A DNA stretch of 64,000 nt, taken from assembly GCA_963743915.1 (NCBI GenBank), contig CAVURN010000001.1:704001-768000 (forward strand). The letters are read 5' to 3'. The notes beneath the pieces are model-generated. The model saw only the letters and a list, made by a program, of their open reading frames with translations, was not told where the DNA came from and ran no database searches. Shown here piece by piece: positions 10,942 through 22,832 of the stretch; the stretch's first letter is position 1, and every line of letters begins with the position of its first letter. This DNA is from an uncultured Actinomycetota bacterium. Lineage in GTDB: Bacteria > Actinomycetota > Actinomycetes > JAHEKZ01. Position numbers and translations under genes: made by a program.

Positions 10942-11427
10942 GTGGCTGTCAAGATCAAGCTCAAGCGCATCGGCAAGATGCGTGAACCGCACTACCGCAT
11001 CGTCGTCGCCGACGCCCGCACCAAGCGTGGTGGGCGCGCGATCGAGGAGATCGGCCAGTACCACCCGCTGGAGAACCCCTCGCGGATCCAGGTCGACTCC
11101 GACCGGGCGCAGTACTGGCTCGGTGTGGGCGCCCAGCCGACCGAGGCGGTCGCGGCGATCCTGCGCGTGACCGGTGACTGGCAGGCCTTCAAGGGCGAGC
11201 CCGCCCCGGCGCCGATGCTGGTCGCCGAGCCGAAGGCGGACAAGAAGTCCGTCTTCGACGCCGCCGCCAAGGAGGCCGCCGGCCTCGACGAGAAGGCCGC
11301 GACCACCCCCAAGGCGAAGAAGAAGCCCGCTGCCAAGGCCGCTCCGGCAGAGACGCCGGCGGCTGAGACCGCAGAGCCGGAGCCCGCAGCGGCCGAGGCG
11401 CCTGCGGAGACTCCCGCGGATGGCTGA
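10942..11427 (+). CDS. rpsP: 30S ribosomal protein S16 with Ala/Glu/Lys-rich tail (tail probably extends to 11524 through an indel near 11420)
   Basis: [12 protein letters not shown]...[25 protein letters not shown]. Confidence 0.96.
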   Translation: MAVKIKLKRIGKMREPHYRIVVADARTKRGGRAIEEIGQYHPLENPSRIQVDSDRAQYWLGVGAQPTEAVAAILRVTGDWQAFKGEPAPAPMLVAEPKADKKSVFDAAAKEAAGLDEKAATTPKAKKKPAAKAAPAETPAAETAEPEPAAAEAPAETPADG

Positions 11428-11523
11428 AGCGGCCGAGTCCACCGCCGAGGCTGACGCCGAGTCGTCCAGCGCGACGACCGAGGCACCCGCCGAGACGGCG
11501 AGCGACGACAGCCCGACCGCCTG

Positions 11524-11766
11524 ATGATCGAGCAGGCGCTCGACCACCTGGTCCGTGGCATCGTCGACCACCCCGACGAGGTCCGCGTCCGGCTCCGTGA
11601 CCAGCGTCGCGGCGGAAACATGTACGAGGTCAGGGTGCACCCCGACGACCTCGGACGGGTCATCGGCCGGGGTGGACGCACGGCGTCCTCGGTGCGCACG
11701 GTCGTCGACGCGATCGCGGGCAAGCGGGTGCGCGTCGACTTCATGGACTCCACCGGCGGCCGCTGA
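11524..11766 (+). CDS. khpA: KH-domain RNA-binding protein (KhpA/YlqC family)
   Basis: VRVHPDDLGRVIGRGGRTA; located between rpsP and rimM. Confidence 0.9.
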   Translation: MIEQALDHLVRGIVDHPDEVRVRLRDQRRGGNMYEVRVHPDDLGRVIGRGGRTASSVRTVVDAIAGKRVRVDFMDSTGGR

Positions 11767-11781
11767 GCGCCGAGGCTTCCG

Positions 11782-12330
11782 ATGACCGCACCCCTCCTGG
11801 TCGTGGTCGGCCGGGTGGGTCGCGCCCACGGTGTACGCGGAGACGTGGCGGTCGAGGTCCGCACCGACGATCCGGAGCGCCGCTTCGTGCCGGGGGCTCG
11901 GCTCCTGACCTCGTCCGCGAGCGCGTCGGCACCCTCTGTCGTGACCGTCGAGCACGCCCGGTGGCACAGCGGCCGGTTGCTGCTGCATCTCGTCGGAGTG
12001 GAGGACCGCACCTCGGCCGAGTCCCTGAGAGGCCTGCTCCTGCAGGTCGAGGTCGACCCGGACGAGACGCCGGCCGACCCCGAGGAGTTCTACGACCATC
12101 AGCTGGTCGGGCTCGCCGTGGTGGATCCTGAGGGGACGTCGATCGGCTCGGTGGTCGACGTCGTCCACGGCGCCCAGGACCTCCTGGTCATCGAGCACGG
12201 GGCAACGGGCACCGGTGCGCAGCGGTCGCTGGTCCCGTTCGTCCGCATGCTCGTGCCCGAGGTCGACCTCGATGCCGGCCGTCTGGTCGTCGACCTGCCG
12301 GACGGTCTGCTCGACCTGCCGGCGGAGTGA
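11782..12330 (+). CDS. rimM: 16S rRNA processing protein RimM
   Basis: [27 protein letters not shown]...VPEVD; synteny. Confidence 0.95.
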   Translation: MTAPLLVVVGRVGRAHGVRGDVAVEVRTDDPERRFVPGARLLTSSASASAPSVVTVEHARWHSGRLLLHLVGVEDRTSAESLRGLLLQVEVDPDETPADPEEFYDHQLVGLAVVDPEGTSIGSVVDVVHGAQDLLVIEHGATGTGAQRSLVPFVRMLVPEVDLDAGRLVVDLPDGLLDLPAE

Positions 12331-12341
12331 GGGGCGAGAAC

Positions 12342-13145
12342 GTGCGCATCGACGTCGTCACGATCTTCCCCGCCTACTTCGACGCCCTCGAGCTGTCGCT
12401 GCTCGGAAAGGCCCGACGTTCCGGTGCGCTCGAGGTGGTCGTCCACGACCTCCGTGACCACACGTACGACCGGCACCGCACCGTCGACGACACGCCGTAC
12501 GGCGGGGGGCCAGGAATGGTCATGCGGCCCGAACCGTGGGGCGCCGCGCTCGACGCCGTGCGGGCTGAGCACGCGGCGTCACCCGACCCCCTCCTGGTGG
12601 TGCCGACCCCGGCGGGGCAGCTGTTCACGCAGCGCATGGCGCGAGCAGTGGGCGACCGAGCCGGGCCTGGTCATCGCGTGCGGACGGTACGAGGGGATCG
12701 ACGCCCGCGTGGTCGAGGACGCGGCCGGCACGTACCGCGTCGTCGAGGTGTCGCTGGGTGACTACGTGCTGAACGGGGGAGAGGTGGCGGCCCTCGCGAT
12801 GGTCGAGGCCGTGGGCCGCCTGATTCCGGGGGTCGTGGGCAACGCGGAGTCGCTGACCGACGAGTCGCACGCGGACGGGCTGCTCGAGGCGCCCGCCTAC
12901 ACCAAGCCGGACCAGTGGCGCGGCCACGACGTGCCGGAGGTGCTGCTCTCCGGGCACCACCAGGCAGATCGCCCGTTGGCGCCGGGAGCAGTCGGTACGC
13001 CGCACCGCCCGGGTCCGCCCCGACCTGATCGAGGCCCTGGACCCCCGAGCGACGTCCCCAGGAGGACCGGGAGGTGCTGGCAGCGTGCGGGTGGATCGTC
13101 GAGCGTGGTCGATTTCGGCAGGTCGACGGCCCTGTGGCAGACTGA
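12342..13145 (+). CDS. trmD: tRNA (guanine-37-N1)-methyltransferase; about 3 apparent indels (near 12640, 12965, 13050)
   Basis: [55 protein letters not shown] spread over different frames. Confidence 0.92.
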
Positions 13146-13254
13146 GGGGCCGTTCGGTGCGGCCGTTCCTGCCACAGGGGGCACTCGCACCGCACGCACC
13201 CCCCGCACATCCGTCCACCCCTCGGCTGACCTGTGGCAGCTGCCAGGAGACCTG

Positions 13255-13614
13255 ATGCACACGCTCGACTCGCTCGACGCTGCCTCGCTCAAGAGTGACA
13301 TCCCCGACTTCCGTCCCGGTGACACGCTGAAGGTCCACGTGCGTGTCATCGAGGGCAACAAGAGCCGGGTGCAGATCTTCCAGGGTGTGGTCATCCGGCG
13401 CTCCGGTGGCGGGGTCCGCGAGACGTTCACCGTCCGCAAGGTCAGCTACGGCGTCGGCGTCGAGCGCACCTTCCCGGTGCACTCACCGGTGATCGAGCAG
13501 ATCGAGGTCATCACGCGCGGTGCGGTCCGGCGCGCCAAGCTGTACTACCTGCGCGACCGCCGCGGCAAGGCCGCGAAGATCAAGGAGCGCCGCGAGACCT
13601 CGGCCGCTCAGTGA
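13255..13614 (+). CDS. rplS: 50S ribosomal protein L19
   Basis: [18 protein letters not shown]...[19 protein letters not shown]...RRAKLYYLR; SD CAGGAG. Confidence 0.97.
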   Translation: MHTLDSLDAASLKSDIPDFRPGDTLKVHVRVIEGNKSRVQIFQGVVIRRSGGGVRETFTVRKVSYGVGVERTFPVHSPVIEQIEVITRGAVRRAKLYYLRDRRGKAAKIKERRETSAAQ

Positions 13615-14472
13615 GTGATGCCGGATCGGTCGCTGACGAGACGCGACCTCGGCACCGTGCACCCGAGGAACCCAGGGCCCCGCGTGCCGGCCGGTTCTTC
13701 CAGCGAGGCAAGTCGCCCGACGACGTTCCTGCTCGCCCGGCGTCGGACCTCTCCCAAGAAGCGCACCTCGTTCTGGCGCGAGCTGCCCATCCTGCTGGTC
13801 ATCGCCCTCGGTCTCGCCCTCGTCCTGAAGACCTTCTTCATCCAGGCCTTCTACATCCCCTCGGGGTCGATGGAGGACACCCTCCAGATCGGCGACCGCG
13901 TGATGGTGAACAAGCTCGCCTACACGCTCGGAGACATCGAGCGCGGCGACGTCATCGTCTTCAACGGCGTCGACTCCTGGTCGCCGGAGATCCAGGTGGC
14001 CGACACGGGCAACCCGCTGACGCAGGCGCTGCGCAGTGTCGCAGGCGCCTTCGGCTTCGCCTCTCCCAACGAGAAGGACTACATCAAGCGGGTCATCGGA
14101 CTTCCGGGTGACCACGTGGTGTGCTGCGACAGCAAGGGTCGCGTGACGGTCAACGGGATCCCGCTGGACGAGCCGTACCTGTTCCCCAAGGACAAGCCCT
14201 CGGCGAGCGAGTTCGACGTGGTCGTCCCGGCGGACCGCCTCTGGGTGATGGGGGACCACCGCGCAGCATCGTCGGACTCCCGCGCCCACACCGGCGACCC
14301 CGGCGGGGGAGCGATCCCCATCGACAGCGTCGTCGGACGAGCCTTCGTGATCATCTGGCCGTTCAGCGACACCGGATGGCTGGCGCGCCCGGACACCATC
14401 GACAACGACGCGATCGACGCGGCACAGCAGACCGAGGCCGAGAAGCGCGAGCAGGGCGGCTCGCGCAAGTAG
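13611..14472 (+). CDS. lepB: Signal peptidase I (copy 1; probable indel in the N-terminal region)
   Basis: [12 protein letters not shown] (catalytic Ser), YIKRVIG (catalytic Lys), VMGDHR..SSDSR. Confidence 0.93.
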
Positions 14473-14533
14473 GTCCCCCACCCGCCTCGCCACGCGGCTC
14501 GCGTGACGGAGTGCACGCCTGCGGCCTCGTAGG

Positions 14534-15211
14534 GTGACGACCATGTCGCAGTCCGCACGCCGGATCCCCTGGATCGTCGAGCTCGTCCTTGTCGTGGTGG
14601 TCGCCCTGCTCGTGGCCGCCTTCGTGCGGGCGTTCGTGGCTCAGGCGTTCTACATCCCCTCCGGGTCCATGGAGGACACCCTGCAGAAGGACGACTGGAT
14701 CGTCGTCAGCAAGGTGGGTCGGTACATCGGGTCTCCCCAGCGGGGCGACATCGTGGTGTTCCGCGACCCGGGTGGGTGGCTGCCAACGGTCGAGAGCTCG
14801 GTCGGCACCGTGCGACGGGTCATGGAGTTCGTCGGTGTCGCCCCGGACAGCGCCGAGGGGGACCTCGTCAAGCGCGTCATCGGGGTCGGCGGGGACACGG
14901 TGTCGTGCTGTGACTCGCAGGGACGCTTGACGGTCAACGACGTGGCCATCGACGAGCCCTACCTGTATCCCGGCGACGAGCCGGGCGACGCGCCCCCCGG
15001 ATGTCCCGATTCCTTCGAGGTCACGGTGCCGTCCGACTACCTGTGGGTCATGGGGGACCACCGGTCGGTCTCGGAGGACTCGCGCTGCCAACGCGGCCTC
15101 AAGCGGTTCGTCCCCGAGGACAACCTGCAGGGCCGTGCCGTGGTCGTGGTGTGGCCGCTCAGCCGCGTCGGTGTCCTCTCCCGGCCCGACGTCTTTGACG
15201 CCGTCCCCTGA
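14534..15211 (+). CDS. lepB: Signal peptidase I (copy 2)
   Basis: [32 protein letters not shown]. Confidence 0.93.
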   Translation: MTTMSQSARRIPWIVELVLVVVVALLVAAFVRAFVAQAFYIPSGSMEDTLQKDDWIVVSKVGRYIGSPQRGDIVVFRDPGGWLPTVESSVGTVRRVMEFVGVAPDSAEGDLVKRVIGVGGDTVSCCDSQGRLTVNDVAIDEPYLYPGDEPGDAPPGCPDSFEVTVPSDYLWVMGDHRSVSEDSRCQRGLKRFVPEDNLQGRAVVVVWPLSRVGVLSRPDVFDAVP

Positions 15212-15234
15212 CATCGCCTGGTTAGGGTGGTCCC

Positions 15235-15726
15235 GTGTCACCGGTGAGACGTTCCTCCGCGCGCGTCGTCCTGGTCGACGCCGACGACCGGGTCCTGCTG
15301 CTGCGCGGCGGTGACCCGGCCCGCCCGGGGCCCGCGGTGTGGCACACGCCGGGGGGTGGGATCGATCCAGGAGAGGCGCCCGAGGCCGCGGCGCGCCGCG
15401 AGCTCGCCGAGGAGGTCGGCCTCCGCCTGGAGGCGGTCGGTCCCCTGGTGTGGACCCGTCGCTTCGAGTTCCTCTTCGACGGCGTGCAGTACGACCAGGA
15501 CGAGGTCTTCTACTTCGTGCGGGTGGAGGGGCACGACGTCGACGAGTCCGGGCACACCCCGCTCGAGCGTCGCTACCTCTCCGGGCACCGGTGGTTCACG
15601 GTCGACGAGCTGAACACCCTCGACGAGCTGGTCGCCCCGCCGGACCTGGCTGATCGGCTGCGTGAGCTCCTGGAGCAGGGGCCGCCGGCCTCGCCGGTGG
15701 CGGTCGGACCAGCGGTCTTCCCATGA
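15235..15726 (+). CDS. NUDIX hydrolase
   Basis: Nudix box [24 protein letters not shown]. Confidence 0.9.
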   Translation: MSPVRRSSARVVLVDADDRVLLLRGGDPARPGPAVWHTPGGGIDPGEAPEAAARRELAEEVGLRLEAVGPLVWTRRFEFLFDGVQYDQDEVFYFVRVEGHDVDESGHTPLERRYLSGHRWFTVDELNTLDELVAPPDLADRLRELLEQGPPASPVAVGPAVFP

Positions 15727-16490
15727 CGGCGCCATCGGTCACGCCGGTGGCCGCAGCTCCTCGTACGCGGCCCAGTCTCCGGCGCGAGAAGGCGTTGCTG
15801 CGCGAGGCGGGCCTGCTGCTCGCCGGCTGCGACGAGGTCGGACGCGGCGCGCTGGCCGGACCCGTCACCGTCGGCGTGGTGGTGGTGGACGCCGACGTGC
15901 GTCGCATGCCGGCGGGTCTGAACGACAGCAAGCTGCTGTCACCGGCCCGCCGCGAGCAGCTGGTCCCCAAGATCCACCGCTGGTGCCGGGCGAGCGCCGT
16001 GGGGCATGCCACGCCGCAGGAGATCGACGCCTTCGGCCTCACCCGGGCTCTGCGTCTGGCGGGGATGCGCGCTCTGGCGGAGCTGCGGACGTCGGACATC
16101 GGTCCCGATGTCCTCCTCCTCGACGGATCGCACGACTGGCTCAGCGCTCGGGAGCCGGCTGACGTCCAGCCCGGTCTGTGGGTGGACGAGGCAACGCCGG
16201 AGCCGCCCTGGCCGGAGGTCGTCACGCCCCCGGTCGTCACGCAGGTGAAGGCCGACCTGACGTGTGCCTCGGTCGCGGCGGCCAGTGTCCTGGCCAAGAC
16301 CACGCGGGACGCGCTGATGCGTGACCTGGCGGCCGCGCACCCGGAGTTCGGCTGGGACGAGAACAAGGGCTACGCCTCCGACCAGCATCGGGCAGCGCTG
16401 CGGCGGCACGGCCCGTGCACCCACCACCGGCGCACCTGGCGGCTGACGGAGCCGGTCGCGGAAGGCGAGGGGCGGACCGGTGAGCACTGA
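15723..16490 (+). CDS. rnhB: Ribonuclease HII
   Basis: [33 protein letters not shown]. Confidence 0.95.
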   Translation: MTAPSVTPVAAAPRTRPSLRREKALLREAGLLLAGCDEVGRGALAGPVTVGVVVVDADVRRMPAGLNDSKLLSPARREQLVPKIHRWCRASAVGHATPQEIDAFGLTRALRLAGMRALAELRTSDIGPDVLLLDGSHDWLSAREPADVQPGLWVDEATPEPPWPEVVTPPVVTQVKADLTCASVAAASVLAKTTRDALMRDLAAAHPEFGWDENKGYASDQHRAALRRHGPCTHHRRTWRLTEPVAEGEGRTGEH

Positions 16491-16800
16491 GGATCTCGAA
16501 CGGTACGAGGCCGAGCTCGAGCTCGCGCTCTACCGGGAGTACCGCGACGTCGTCTCGTTGTTCCGCTTCGTCGTCGAGACCGACCGACGCTTCTACCTGG
16601 CCAACTCGGTCGACGTCCAGGTGCATCCGGTGACGGGATCGGATGCCTACGTCGAGGTGCACCTGAAGGACGCCTGGGTGTGGGACCTGTACCGCCCTGC
16701 GCGCTTCGTGCGCGAGGTGCGGGTGCTGACCTTCAAGGACGTCAACGTCGAGGAGATCGTCCCGACAGACTTCGACCCAGGGTCGATGCCCACCCCCTGA
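16480..16800 (+). CDS. DUF2469 family protein
   Basis: [25 protein letters not shown]...[14 protein letters not shown], the conserved actinobacterial protein after rnhB. Confidence 0.9.
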   Translation: MSTEDLERYEAELELALYREYRDVVSLFRFVVETDRRFYLANSVDVQVHPVTGSDAYVEVHLKDAWVWDLYRPARFVREVRVLTFKDVNVEEIVPTDFDPGSMPTP

Positions 16801-16906
16801 CGTCTGTCCACACCACGCTCGCATCGCATTTCTCCACACCCACGCGAGCGCGGAGGCGCCTCCGTGGGGACGACGCAGCAGAGTCACCGACCGGAGGTGA
16901 CCTGAC

Positions 16907-17278
16907 ATGCGCGCCAAAGACGTCACAGGTCGGCTGGGCGAAGAGCTGGCCGCCCGCCACCTGATCGGACAGGGTCTCGTCGTGCTCGACCGCAACTGGC
17001 GGTGTGACGTCGGCGAGGTCGACATCGTGGCCCAGGACGGCGACGACCTGGTGATCTGCGAGGTGAAGACGCGACGCAGCCGACGCTTCGGCAGCCCGCT
17101 CGAGGCGATCACCCCGGAGAAGGCAGCCCGGCTCCGCCGTCTCGCGGCCTGTTGGGTGCAGGCGCACGACGTGCGACCCACGCACATCAGGATCGACCTG
17201 GTGGGGATCGTGCTCGGTGCGCTGAGCAACCCACCGGAGGCCGCCGAGGTCGAGCACGTGCGCGGAGCGATCGGTTGA
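16907..17278 (+). CDS. yraN: YraN family (UPF0102) nuclease-like protein
   Basis: [29 protein letters not shown]; synteny with comM/dprA. Confidence 0.9.
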   Translation: MRAKDVTGRLGEELAARHLIGQGLVVLDRNWRCDVGEVDIVAQDGDDLVICEVKTRRSRRFGSPLEAITPEKAARLRRLAACWVQAHDVRPTHIRIDLVGIVLGALSNPPEAAEVEHVRGAIG

Positions 17279-18813
17279 GCACCGCCACCGCTCATGCTGT
17301 GACGCTCACCGGCGTGCACGGTCAGATGGTCAGGGTCGAGATCGATGCCAGCCCCGGAGTTCCCGGCATGGCGGTGGTCGGGTTGCCGGACACCGCGGTG
17401 CGCGAGGCACGCGACCGGGTCCGAGCGGCGATCGGCAACAGCGGAGCGGCCTGGAAGGCGTGCAAGGTCACCATCAGCCTCTCGCCGGCGTCGGTGCGCA
17501 AGCGCGGCAGCGGGTTCGACCTGGCGCTCGCCTGCGGCTGCCTGGCGGCTTTCGGATCCCTTCCCCCGGAGGCGCTCGACCAGTGGGTGCTGCTCGCCGA
17601 GCTGGGCCTCGACGGTGTCGCCCGGCCGGTGCGAGGAATGCTGCCGATGGCGCTTGCGGCAGTCTCGGCCGGACACCGTCGCCTGCTGGTGGCCGAGGGC
17701 AACGGCGGTGAGGCGGCGCTCGTCCCCGGCGCTGAGGTGGCTGTGGTGGCCGATCTCCGTGAGGCCGTGGGGTTGCTGCGCGGAGACGCCGCTCCGCGAT
17801 GGGCCGAGGGGCTGTGCCCGGATGTCGTGCCGGACGAGGGTCCCGACCTCGGCGACGTCAACGGCCAGTCGACACCGAGGCTCGCGGTCGAGGTGGCGGC
17901 AGCGGGCGGTCACCACCTGCTGCTGCACGGAGCGCCGGGAGCGGGCAAGAGCCTGCTCGCCGAGCGGCTGCCGGGACTGCTGCCGCCGTTGACCGAGCAT
18001 CAGGTGCTCGAGGTCACCGCGATCCACTCGGTCGCCGGCACTCTGGGTGCCGAGGCACCGCTGGTGGTGCGACCGCCGTTCCAGGCGCCCCACCACACCG
18101 CGACGGCAGCGGCCCTGGTCGGTGGCGGTGCGGGGGTCGCGCGGCCCGGGGCGGTCAGCCTGGCCCACCGCGGTGTGTTGTTCCTGGACGAGACCCCCGA
18201 GTTCGCGCGCTCGGTGCTCGACACGCTGCGCCAGCCGATGGAGCGGGGTGAGGTGGAGCTGGCCCGCGGAGACGCCACGGTCACGTACCCGTCGCGCTTC
18301 CAGCTGGTGATGGCGGCCAATCCGTGCCCCTGCGGCCGCGGTGGTGGCGCCACGGCGCGTGCGCTCGAGTGCGCATGCACCCCGGACCAGCGTCGCCGCT
18401 ACGGAGCCAGGCTGAGTGGTCCGCTTCTGGACCGGGTCGATCTCCAGGTCCCAGTCCTCCCGGTGACCCGGGCGGAGCTGGTCGACGGCCGCGGGGGCGA
18501 GTCCAGCCGGGCCGTGCGTGAGCGGGTGCTGCAGGCGCGCGAACGGGCCGCTCGACGACTGTCCGGGACACCCTGGACCATCAACGCCGAGGTGCCTGGT
18601 CCGGCGCTGCGCTCGACCTTCCGGGTGGCTCCGGAGGCGATGGCCGTCGTGCTCGACGAGGTGGGGCGGGGGCGCCTGTCGGGTCGAGGCGTCGACCGCG
18701 TGCTCCGGGTGGCCTGGACGCTCGCCGATCTCTCCGGTGTCGGGCAGCCGGGGCCGGCGGAGGTCGGTGGCGCCGTCGCCCTCCGGGGAGGTGGCCTGCC
18801 ATGGGCGGCGTGA
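17275..18813 (+). CDS. comM: YifB/ComM family Mg-chelatase-like AAA+ ATPase
   Basis: [53 protein letters not shown]. Confidence 0.92.
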   Translation: MSTATAHAVTLTGVHGQMVRVEIDASPGVPGMAVVGLPDTAVREARDRVRAAIGNSGAAWKACKVTISLSPASVRKRGSGFDLALACGCLAAFGSLPPEALDQWVLLAELGLDGVARPVRGMLPMALAAVSAGHRRLLVAEGNGGEAALVPGAEVAVVADLREAVGLLRGDAAPRWAEGLCPDVVPDEGPDLGDVNGQSTPRLAVEVAAAGGHHLLLHGAPGAGKSLLAERLPGLLPPLTEHQVLEVTAIHSVAGTLGAEAPLVVRPPFQAPHHTATAAALVGGGAGVARPGAVSLAHRGVLFLDETPEFARSVLDTLRQPMERGEVELARGDATVTYPSRFQLVMAANPCPCGRGGGATARALECACTPDQRRRYGARLSGPLLDRVDLQVPVLPVTRAELVDGRGGESSRAVRERVLQARERAARRLSGTPWTINAEVPGPALRSTFRVAPEAMAVVLDEVGRGRLSGRGVDRVLRVAWTLADLSGVGQPGPAEVGGAVALRGGGLPWAA

Positions 18814-19955
18814 CGGACGACGGGGCGACGGGCGACGAGGAGCGCGCAGCCCGGATGCGACTGGCGCGGCTGGCCGAGCCCGGCGACGAGCGGCTGGGGG
18901 CAGCCGTCCGCGCCACCTCCGCCCGCGAGGTGCTGGACCGGATCGAGTGCGACGACCGCACGCTGCCGGGCGTGGCCCACTACCGGGCCCGGTTGACCCA
19001 GGACCCCGCGGCCGACCACGACCGACTCGCCGAGATCGGTGGTCGGTTCCTGGTGCCCGGCGACGGCGAGTGGCCGACCCAGCTGATGGCCCTCGAGGCC
19101 GCGGCACCGTGGGGGTTGTTCGTCCTGGGGGCCGACCTCCGCCTCGCCGCGGTGCGCTCGGTCGCCGTGGTCGGTGCCCGGGCCGCCACGCAGTACGGGC
19201 TGCATGTCGCCAGCGAGCTGGCCACCGACCTGGCCCTGCGGGGGTGGACGGTCGTGTCCGGTGGGGCGTACGGGATCGATGCAGCCGCCCACCGCGGCGC
19301 CCTCGCCGCAGGGGGAGCGACCATCGCCGCCCTCGCGTTCGGCGTCGACACCTGCTACCCGCGCGGTCACGCCACGCTCTTCGCGCGCATCCCCGACGAG
19401 GGGGGTGTCCTGGTCTCCGAGCTGCCGCCGGGCACCACACCGACCAAGCCTCGCTTTCTGCAGCGCAACCGGATCATCGCCGCGCTGACGCGCGGCACCG
19501 TCGTCGTCGAGGCCGCTCACCGTTCAGGGGCACTGAGCACCGCGGCCCGCTGCCGACGGCTCGGTCGACCGGTGCTCTCCGTCCCTGGGCCGGTCACGTC
19601 CGCGATGTCCGCGGGCTGTCACCAGCTGCTCCGTGCCGACGAACCGGCCCGCCTGGTGACCGACGCCGCCGAGGTCATCGAGGAGGTCGGTCTGATCGGC
19701 GAGCTCGCCGAGCCGGTCGTGCCGGTGCGACGGCTCCGTGACTCCCTCGACCCGCTCTCACTCCGTGTGCTCGAGGCGTTCCCCGCCGAGAGCCCCCGGG
19801 ATGCGCCTGAGCTGGCGGTCGCAGCGGGCGTCGACCTCGACCGTACCCGCGGGATCCTGCTGCGGCTGGTGGCGGCGGGACTGGTCCGAGAGGATGCCGA
19901 CGGCTTCGTCCGCGTCCCGGGCGCCGCGGACGCGGTGATGCCCACCCGCCCCTGA
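18801..19955 (+). CDS. dprA: DNA-processing protein DprA
   Basis: [52 protein letters not shown]. Confidence 0.95.
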   Translation: MGGVTDDGATGDEERAARMRLARLAEPGDERLGAAVRATSAREVLDRIECDDRTLPGVAHYRARLTQDPAADHDRLAEIGGRFLVPGDGEWPTQLMALEAAAPWGLFVLGADLRLAAVRSVAVVGARAATQYGLHVASELATDLALRGWTVVSGGAYGIDAAAHRGALAAGGATIAALAFGVDTCYPRGHATLFARIPDEGGVLVSELPPGTTPTKPRFLQRNRIIAALTRGTVVVEAAHRSGALSTAARCRRLGRPVLSVPGPVTSAMSAGCHQLLRADEPARLVTDAAEVIEEVGLIGELAEPVVPVRRLRDSLDPLSLRVLEAFPAESPRDAPELAVAAGVDLDRTRGILLRLVAAGLVREDADGFVRVPGAADAVMPTRP

Positions 19956-20019
19956 ACCGGTCGTCCGGCCCCGGCGCGCCAACCTTGCATCCAGCGGCGT
20001 CAGCACGCACGGTGGAGCG

Positions 20020-20994
20020 GTGTCTGCCGTCCCGAGCGCCGTGCCACCCGAGCAGCCGCCGGGCGAGCGCACGAACGCGCTGCCGGAGTCGCTCGCGGAG
20101 GCTCTCGTCGCCTACGAACGTCACCTCCGCTCCGAACGTGGGTTGTCGGAACGGTCGGTGCGGGCCTATCGCACCGACCTGGCCTCGCTGCTGACGCACG
20201 TCCACCGCCGTGGCCGCACTCGCGTCGACCAGCTCGATCTGGCCGACCTGCGCAGCTGGCTGGCCCTGCAGCAGACGTCGGGCAGGGCCCGGACGACAGT
20301 GGCGCGCAAGGCGTCCGCAGCGCGAGGGTTCACCCGTTGGTCGGTACGCGCCGGGTGGGCCACCCAGGACGCGGGTGCGCGCCTGGCGCGCCCACGAGCA
20401 CATCGGACACTGCCGCACGTGCTGGGTGAGTCCCAGGCCTCGGGACTGCTCGCGCAGGCGGCCGCGCGGGTCGAGGTCGATCCCGACCCGGTCGCGGCCC
20501 GTGACGTCGCCATCCTCGAGCTGCTGTACGCGACGGGGATCCGCGTGGGGGAGCTCTGCGGCCTCGACCTCGCCGACCTCGACCCGGACCGGCGCACCGT
20601 CCGGGTCTTCGGCAAGGGGGCCAAGGAGCGCACCGTGCCCTACGGGCTGCCCGCCCAGCAGTCGCTCGACCGGTGGCTGGCGGGCCCTCGCGGGGAGCTC
20701 GTCGGGGCGCGGAGCGGTGCGGCACTGTTCCTCGGGAGGAGGGGGCGTCGCATCGACCCGCGGACGGTTCGTACCCTGGTCCACGAGCACCTGGCAAGGG
20801 TTGAGGACGCACCCGATCTCGGCCCGCACGGTCTGCGGCACACCGCGGCCACGCACCTGCTCGAGGGCGGCGCGGATCTGCGCTCCGTCCAAGAGCTGCT
20901 GGGTCACGCTACGCTCGCGACCACCCAGATCTACACCCACGTCTCCGTCGACCGACTGAAGAGGGCGTATGACCAAGCGCACCCCCGCGCCTGA
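20020..20994 (+). CDS. xerC: Tyrosine recombinase XerC
   Basis: [34 protein letters not shown]...TTQIYTH; conserved dprA-xerC synteny. Confidence 0.92.
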   Translation: MSAVPSAVPPEQPPGERTNALPESLAEALVAYERHLRSERGLSERSVRAYRTDLASLLTHVHRRGRTRVDQLDLADLRSWLALQQTSGRARTTVARKASAARGFTRWSVRAGWATQDAGARLARPRAHRTLPHVLGESQASGLLAQAAARVEVDPDPVAARDVAILELLYATGIRVGELCGLDLADLDPDRRTVRVFGKGAKERTVPYGLPAQQSLDRWLAGPRGELVGARSGAALFLGRRGRRIDPRTVRTLVHEHLARVEDAPDLGPHGLRHTAATHLLEGGADLRSVQELLGHATLATTQIYTHVSVDRLKRAYDQAHPRA

Positions 20995-22018
20995 GCCGAA
21001 GGGCTCCACGGCGTCGTCCGGCCGCGCTGCCGCCTCGAGGTCGACCGCCAAGAAGTCCATGGCGCCGCAGGCTGCGGCGAAGAAGTCGGTGGCCAAGAAG
21101 ACCTCCGCGCCCAAGGCGCCCGCGAAGAAGGCGCCGGTGAAGAAGTCCGTGGCGAAGAAGACGGCCGCGAAGAAGACGGCCACCCGGAAGGCCACCAAGG
21201 CGACCGGTCCCGCGTCGACCCCGGTGATCGAGGAGTACGACGAGGCGGCTGCCGCGCAGCAGGCCCTGCAGCAGCTCTGGCGAGACTTCAAGGACACCGG
21301 GGAGCAGAGTCTGCGGGAGCGCCTGATCCTGCACTACTCCCCGCTCGTGAAGTACGTCGCGGGACGGGTCGGTGTCGGCCTTCCCCCCAACATCGAGCAG
21401 GCGGACCTCGTCTCCTACGGGATCTTCGGTCTGATCGACGCGATCGAGAAGTTCGACCTCGAGCGCGCGATCAAGTTCGAGACCTACGCGATCAGCCGCA
21501 TCCGCGGCGCCATCATCGACGAGCTGCGGGCCATCGACTGGATCCCGCGATCGGTCCGGTACAAGGCGCGAGAGGTCGAGAAGGCGTACGCCGCGCTCGA
21601 GGGGAAGCTGCACCGCACCCCGACCGAGCCCGAGGTGGCCGAGGAGCTCGGCATCACGCTCGAGGAGCTGCACCAGATCTTCAGCCGGGTGTCGTTCGTC
21701 AACGTGGTCGCCCTCGACGAGCTGCTGAACGTCGGGGGTGACAAGGGCGACAAGCTGAGCCTGGTCGACACCCTCGAGGACACCAAGGCCGAGGACCCGG
21801 TCGCGGCCTTCGAGTCCGAGGAGACGAAGTACCTGCTGGCCAAGGCGATCAACCAGCTCCCGGAGCGCGAGAAGATCGTCGTCACCCTCTACTACTACGA
21901 GGGACTCACCCTGGCCGAGATCGGGCAGGTGCTCGGCGTCACCGAGAGCCGGATCTGCCAGATGCACACCAAGGCGGTCCTGCAGCTCCGGGGCCGGCTC
22001 GCCGACCCGGTCGAGTAG
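20969..22018 (+). CDS. whiG: FliA/WhiG family RNA polymerase sigma factor with Lys/Ala-rich N-terminal extension
   Basis: [78 protein letters not shown]. Confidence 0.92.
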   Translation: MTKRTPAPEPKGSTASSGRAAASRSTAKKSMAPQAAAKKSVAKKTSAPKAPAKKAPVKKSVAKKTAAKKTATRKATKATGPASTPVIEEYDEAAAAQQALQQLWRDFKDTGEQSLRERLILHYSPLVKYVAGRVGVGLPPNIEQADLVSYGIFGLIDAIEKFDLERAIKFETYAISRIRGAIIDELRAIDWIPRSVRYKAREVEKAYAALEGKLHRTPTEPEVAEELGITLEELHQIFSRVSFVNVVALDELLNVGGDKGDKLSLVDTLEDTKAEDPVAAFESEETKYLLAKAINQLPEREKIVVTLYYYEGLTLAEIGQVLGVTESRICQMHTKAVLQLRGRLADPVE

Positions 22019-22025
22019 CCGGCCT

Positions 22026-22511
22026 TCACGGGTCGGGCAGCAGCACGACCGAGCGCGACCGCAGCAGCGAGAGCGGGTCGAGGTAGCCGCCGTCGTCACG
22101 GGCTCCCCAGTGCAGGCAGCCGTCGGTACAGTGCGGGGGAGCCGAGACCACCCCGATGACCTGTCCGCCCGACACCCGCTCGCCGACCGCGACCTGGGGG
22201 TGGACGGGCAGGTAGGTGGTCCGCAGTTGGTCCCGGTGGAGCACGACCACGACCGGACGTCCGGCGACGGCGCCGGCCACGGTGACGCGGCCGGGCAGCG
22301 TTGCGCGGACCCTCTCGCCGGGCTCGGCGTCGAGGTCGACGCCTCGGTGCCCGGGGCCGTACCACGTCGTGGTCTCGTAGGGTCGGACGACCGAGGCCGG
22401 GGTGACCGGCCACTGGGCCAGGCCCAGGTCGGGCGGGCCGCTGGTGGGGGGCGCGGTCACGGCCGAGGTGAGGGCCGCCGCCACCGAGAGTGTCGCCGTG
22501 ATGAGGTCCAT
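22026..22511 (-). CDS. Secreted M23 family metallopeptidase
   Basis: Signal-like N-terminus [17 protein letters not shown]; [20 protein letters not shown]; typical position divergent from rpsB. Confidence 0.85.
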   Translation of the reverse strand: MDLITATLSVAAALTSAVTAPPTSGPPDLGLAQWPVTPASVVRPYETTTWYGPGHRGVDLDAEPGERVRATLPGRVTVAGAVAGRPVVVVLHRDQLRTTYLPVHPQVAVGERVSGGQVIGVVSAPPHCTDGCLHWGARDDGGYLDPLSLLRSRSVVLLPDP

Positions 22512-22619
22512 GGCGACAGGCTGCGGCACCGGGCGACCTCGGGCAGTCCCGACAGCAGATCCTGGGGACCACCGGGCCGCGAGCCGGGTGTGGACGACCG
22601 GTGTCCGATTTGGGGCGCC

Positions 22620-22832
22620 GTCGCACACCCCCGTACACTGCCCGCAGCACCCTTCGGGGTGACTTCGCATGTCCTTCCCGCCCGGGTTCCGCCCGGGGGT
22701 TGGCCACTCGGTCCGGTTCAGGGCTCGTCCCGGTCCCGGCAGGCCGCGACGGACATCAGGGCCCAGCGGCACCCGCTGCCGGGCGACAACCGAGGACCGT
22801 GCCTCGTGGCGCGGGTGAGGAGAACTTCGGCC
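22620..22832 (+). promoter_or_regulatory. rpsB 5' leader (putative structured, S2-autoregulatory)
   Basis: About 200-nt non-coding region with hairpins (CACCC-TTCG-GGGTG; CCCGGG arms) upstream of rpsB; function inferred only from position. Confidence 0.35.

Noticed and set aside
12342-13145. Programmed frameshifting in trmD
   Set aside because: Several shifts with no slippery heptamer, and the same indel pattern occurs throughout the window
13611-15211. Tandem duplicate signal peptidase I genes
   Set aside because: Multiple lepB/sip paralogs after rplS are a known actinobacterial arrangement
20020-20994. Tyrosine recombinase as marker of an integrative element
   Set aside because: Sits in the conserved yraN-comM-dprA-xerC housekeeping synteny; no att sites, tRNA or cargo genes seen
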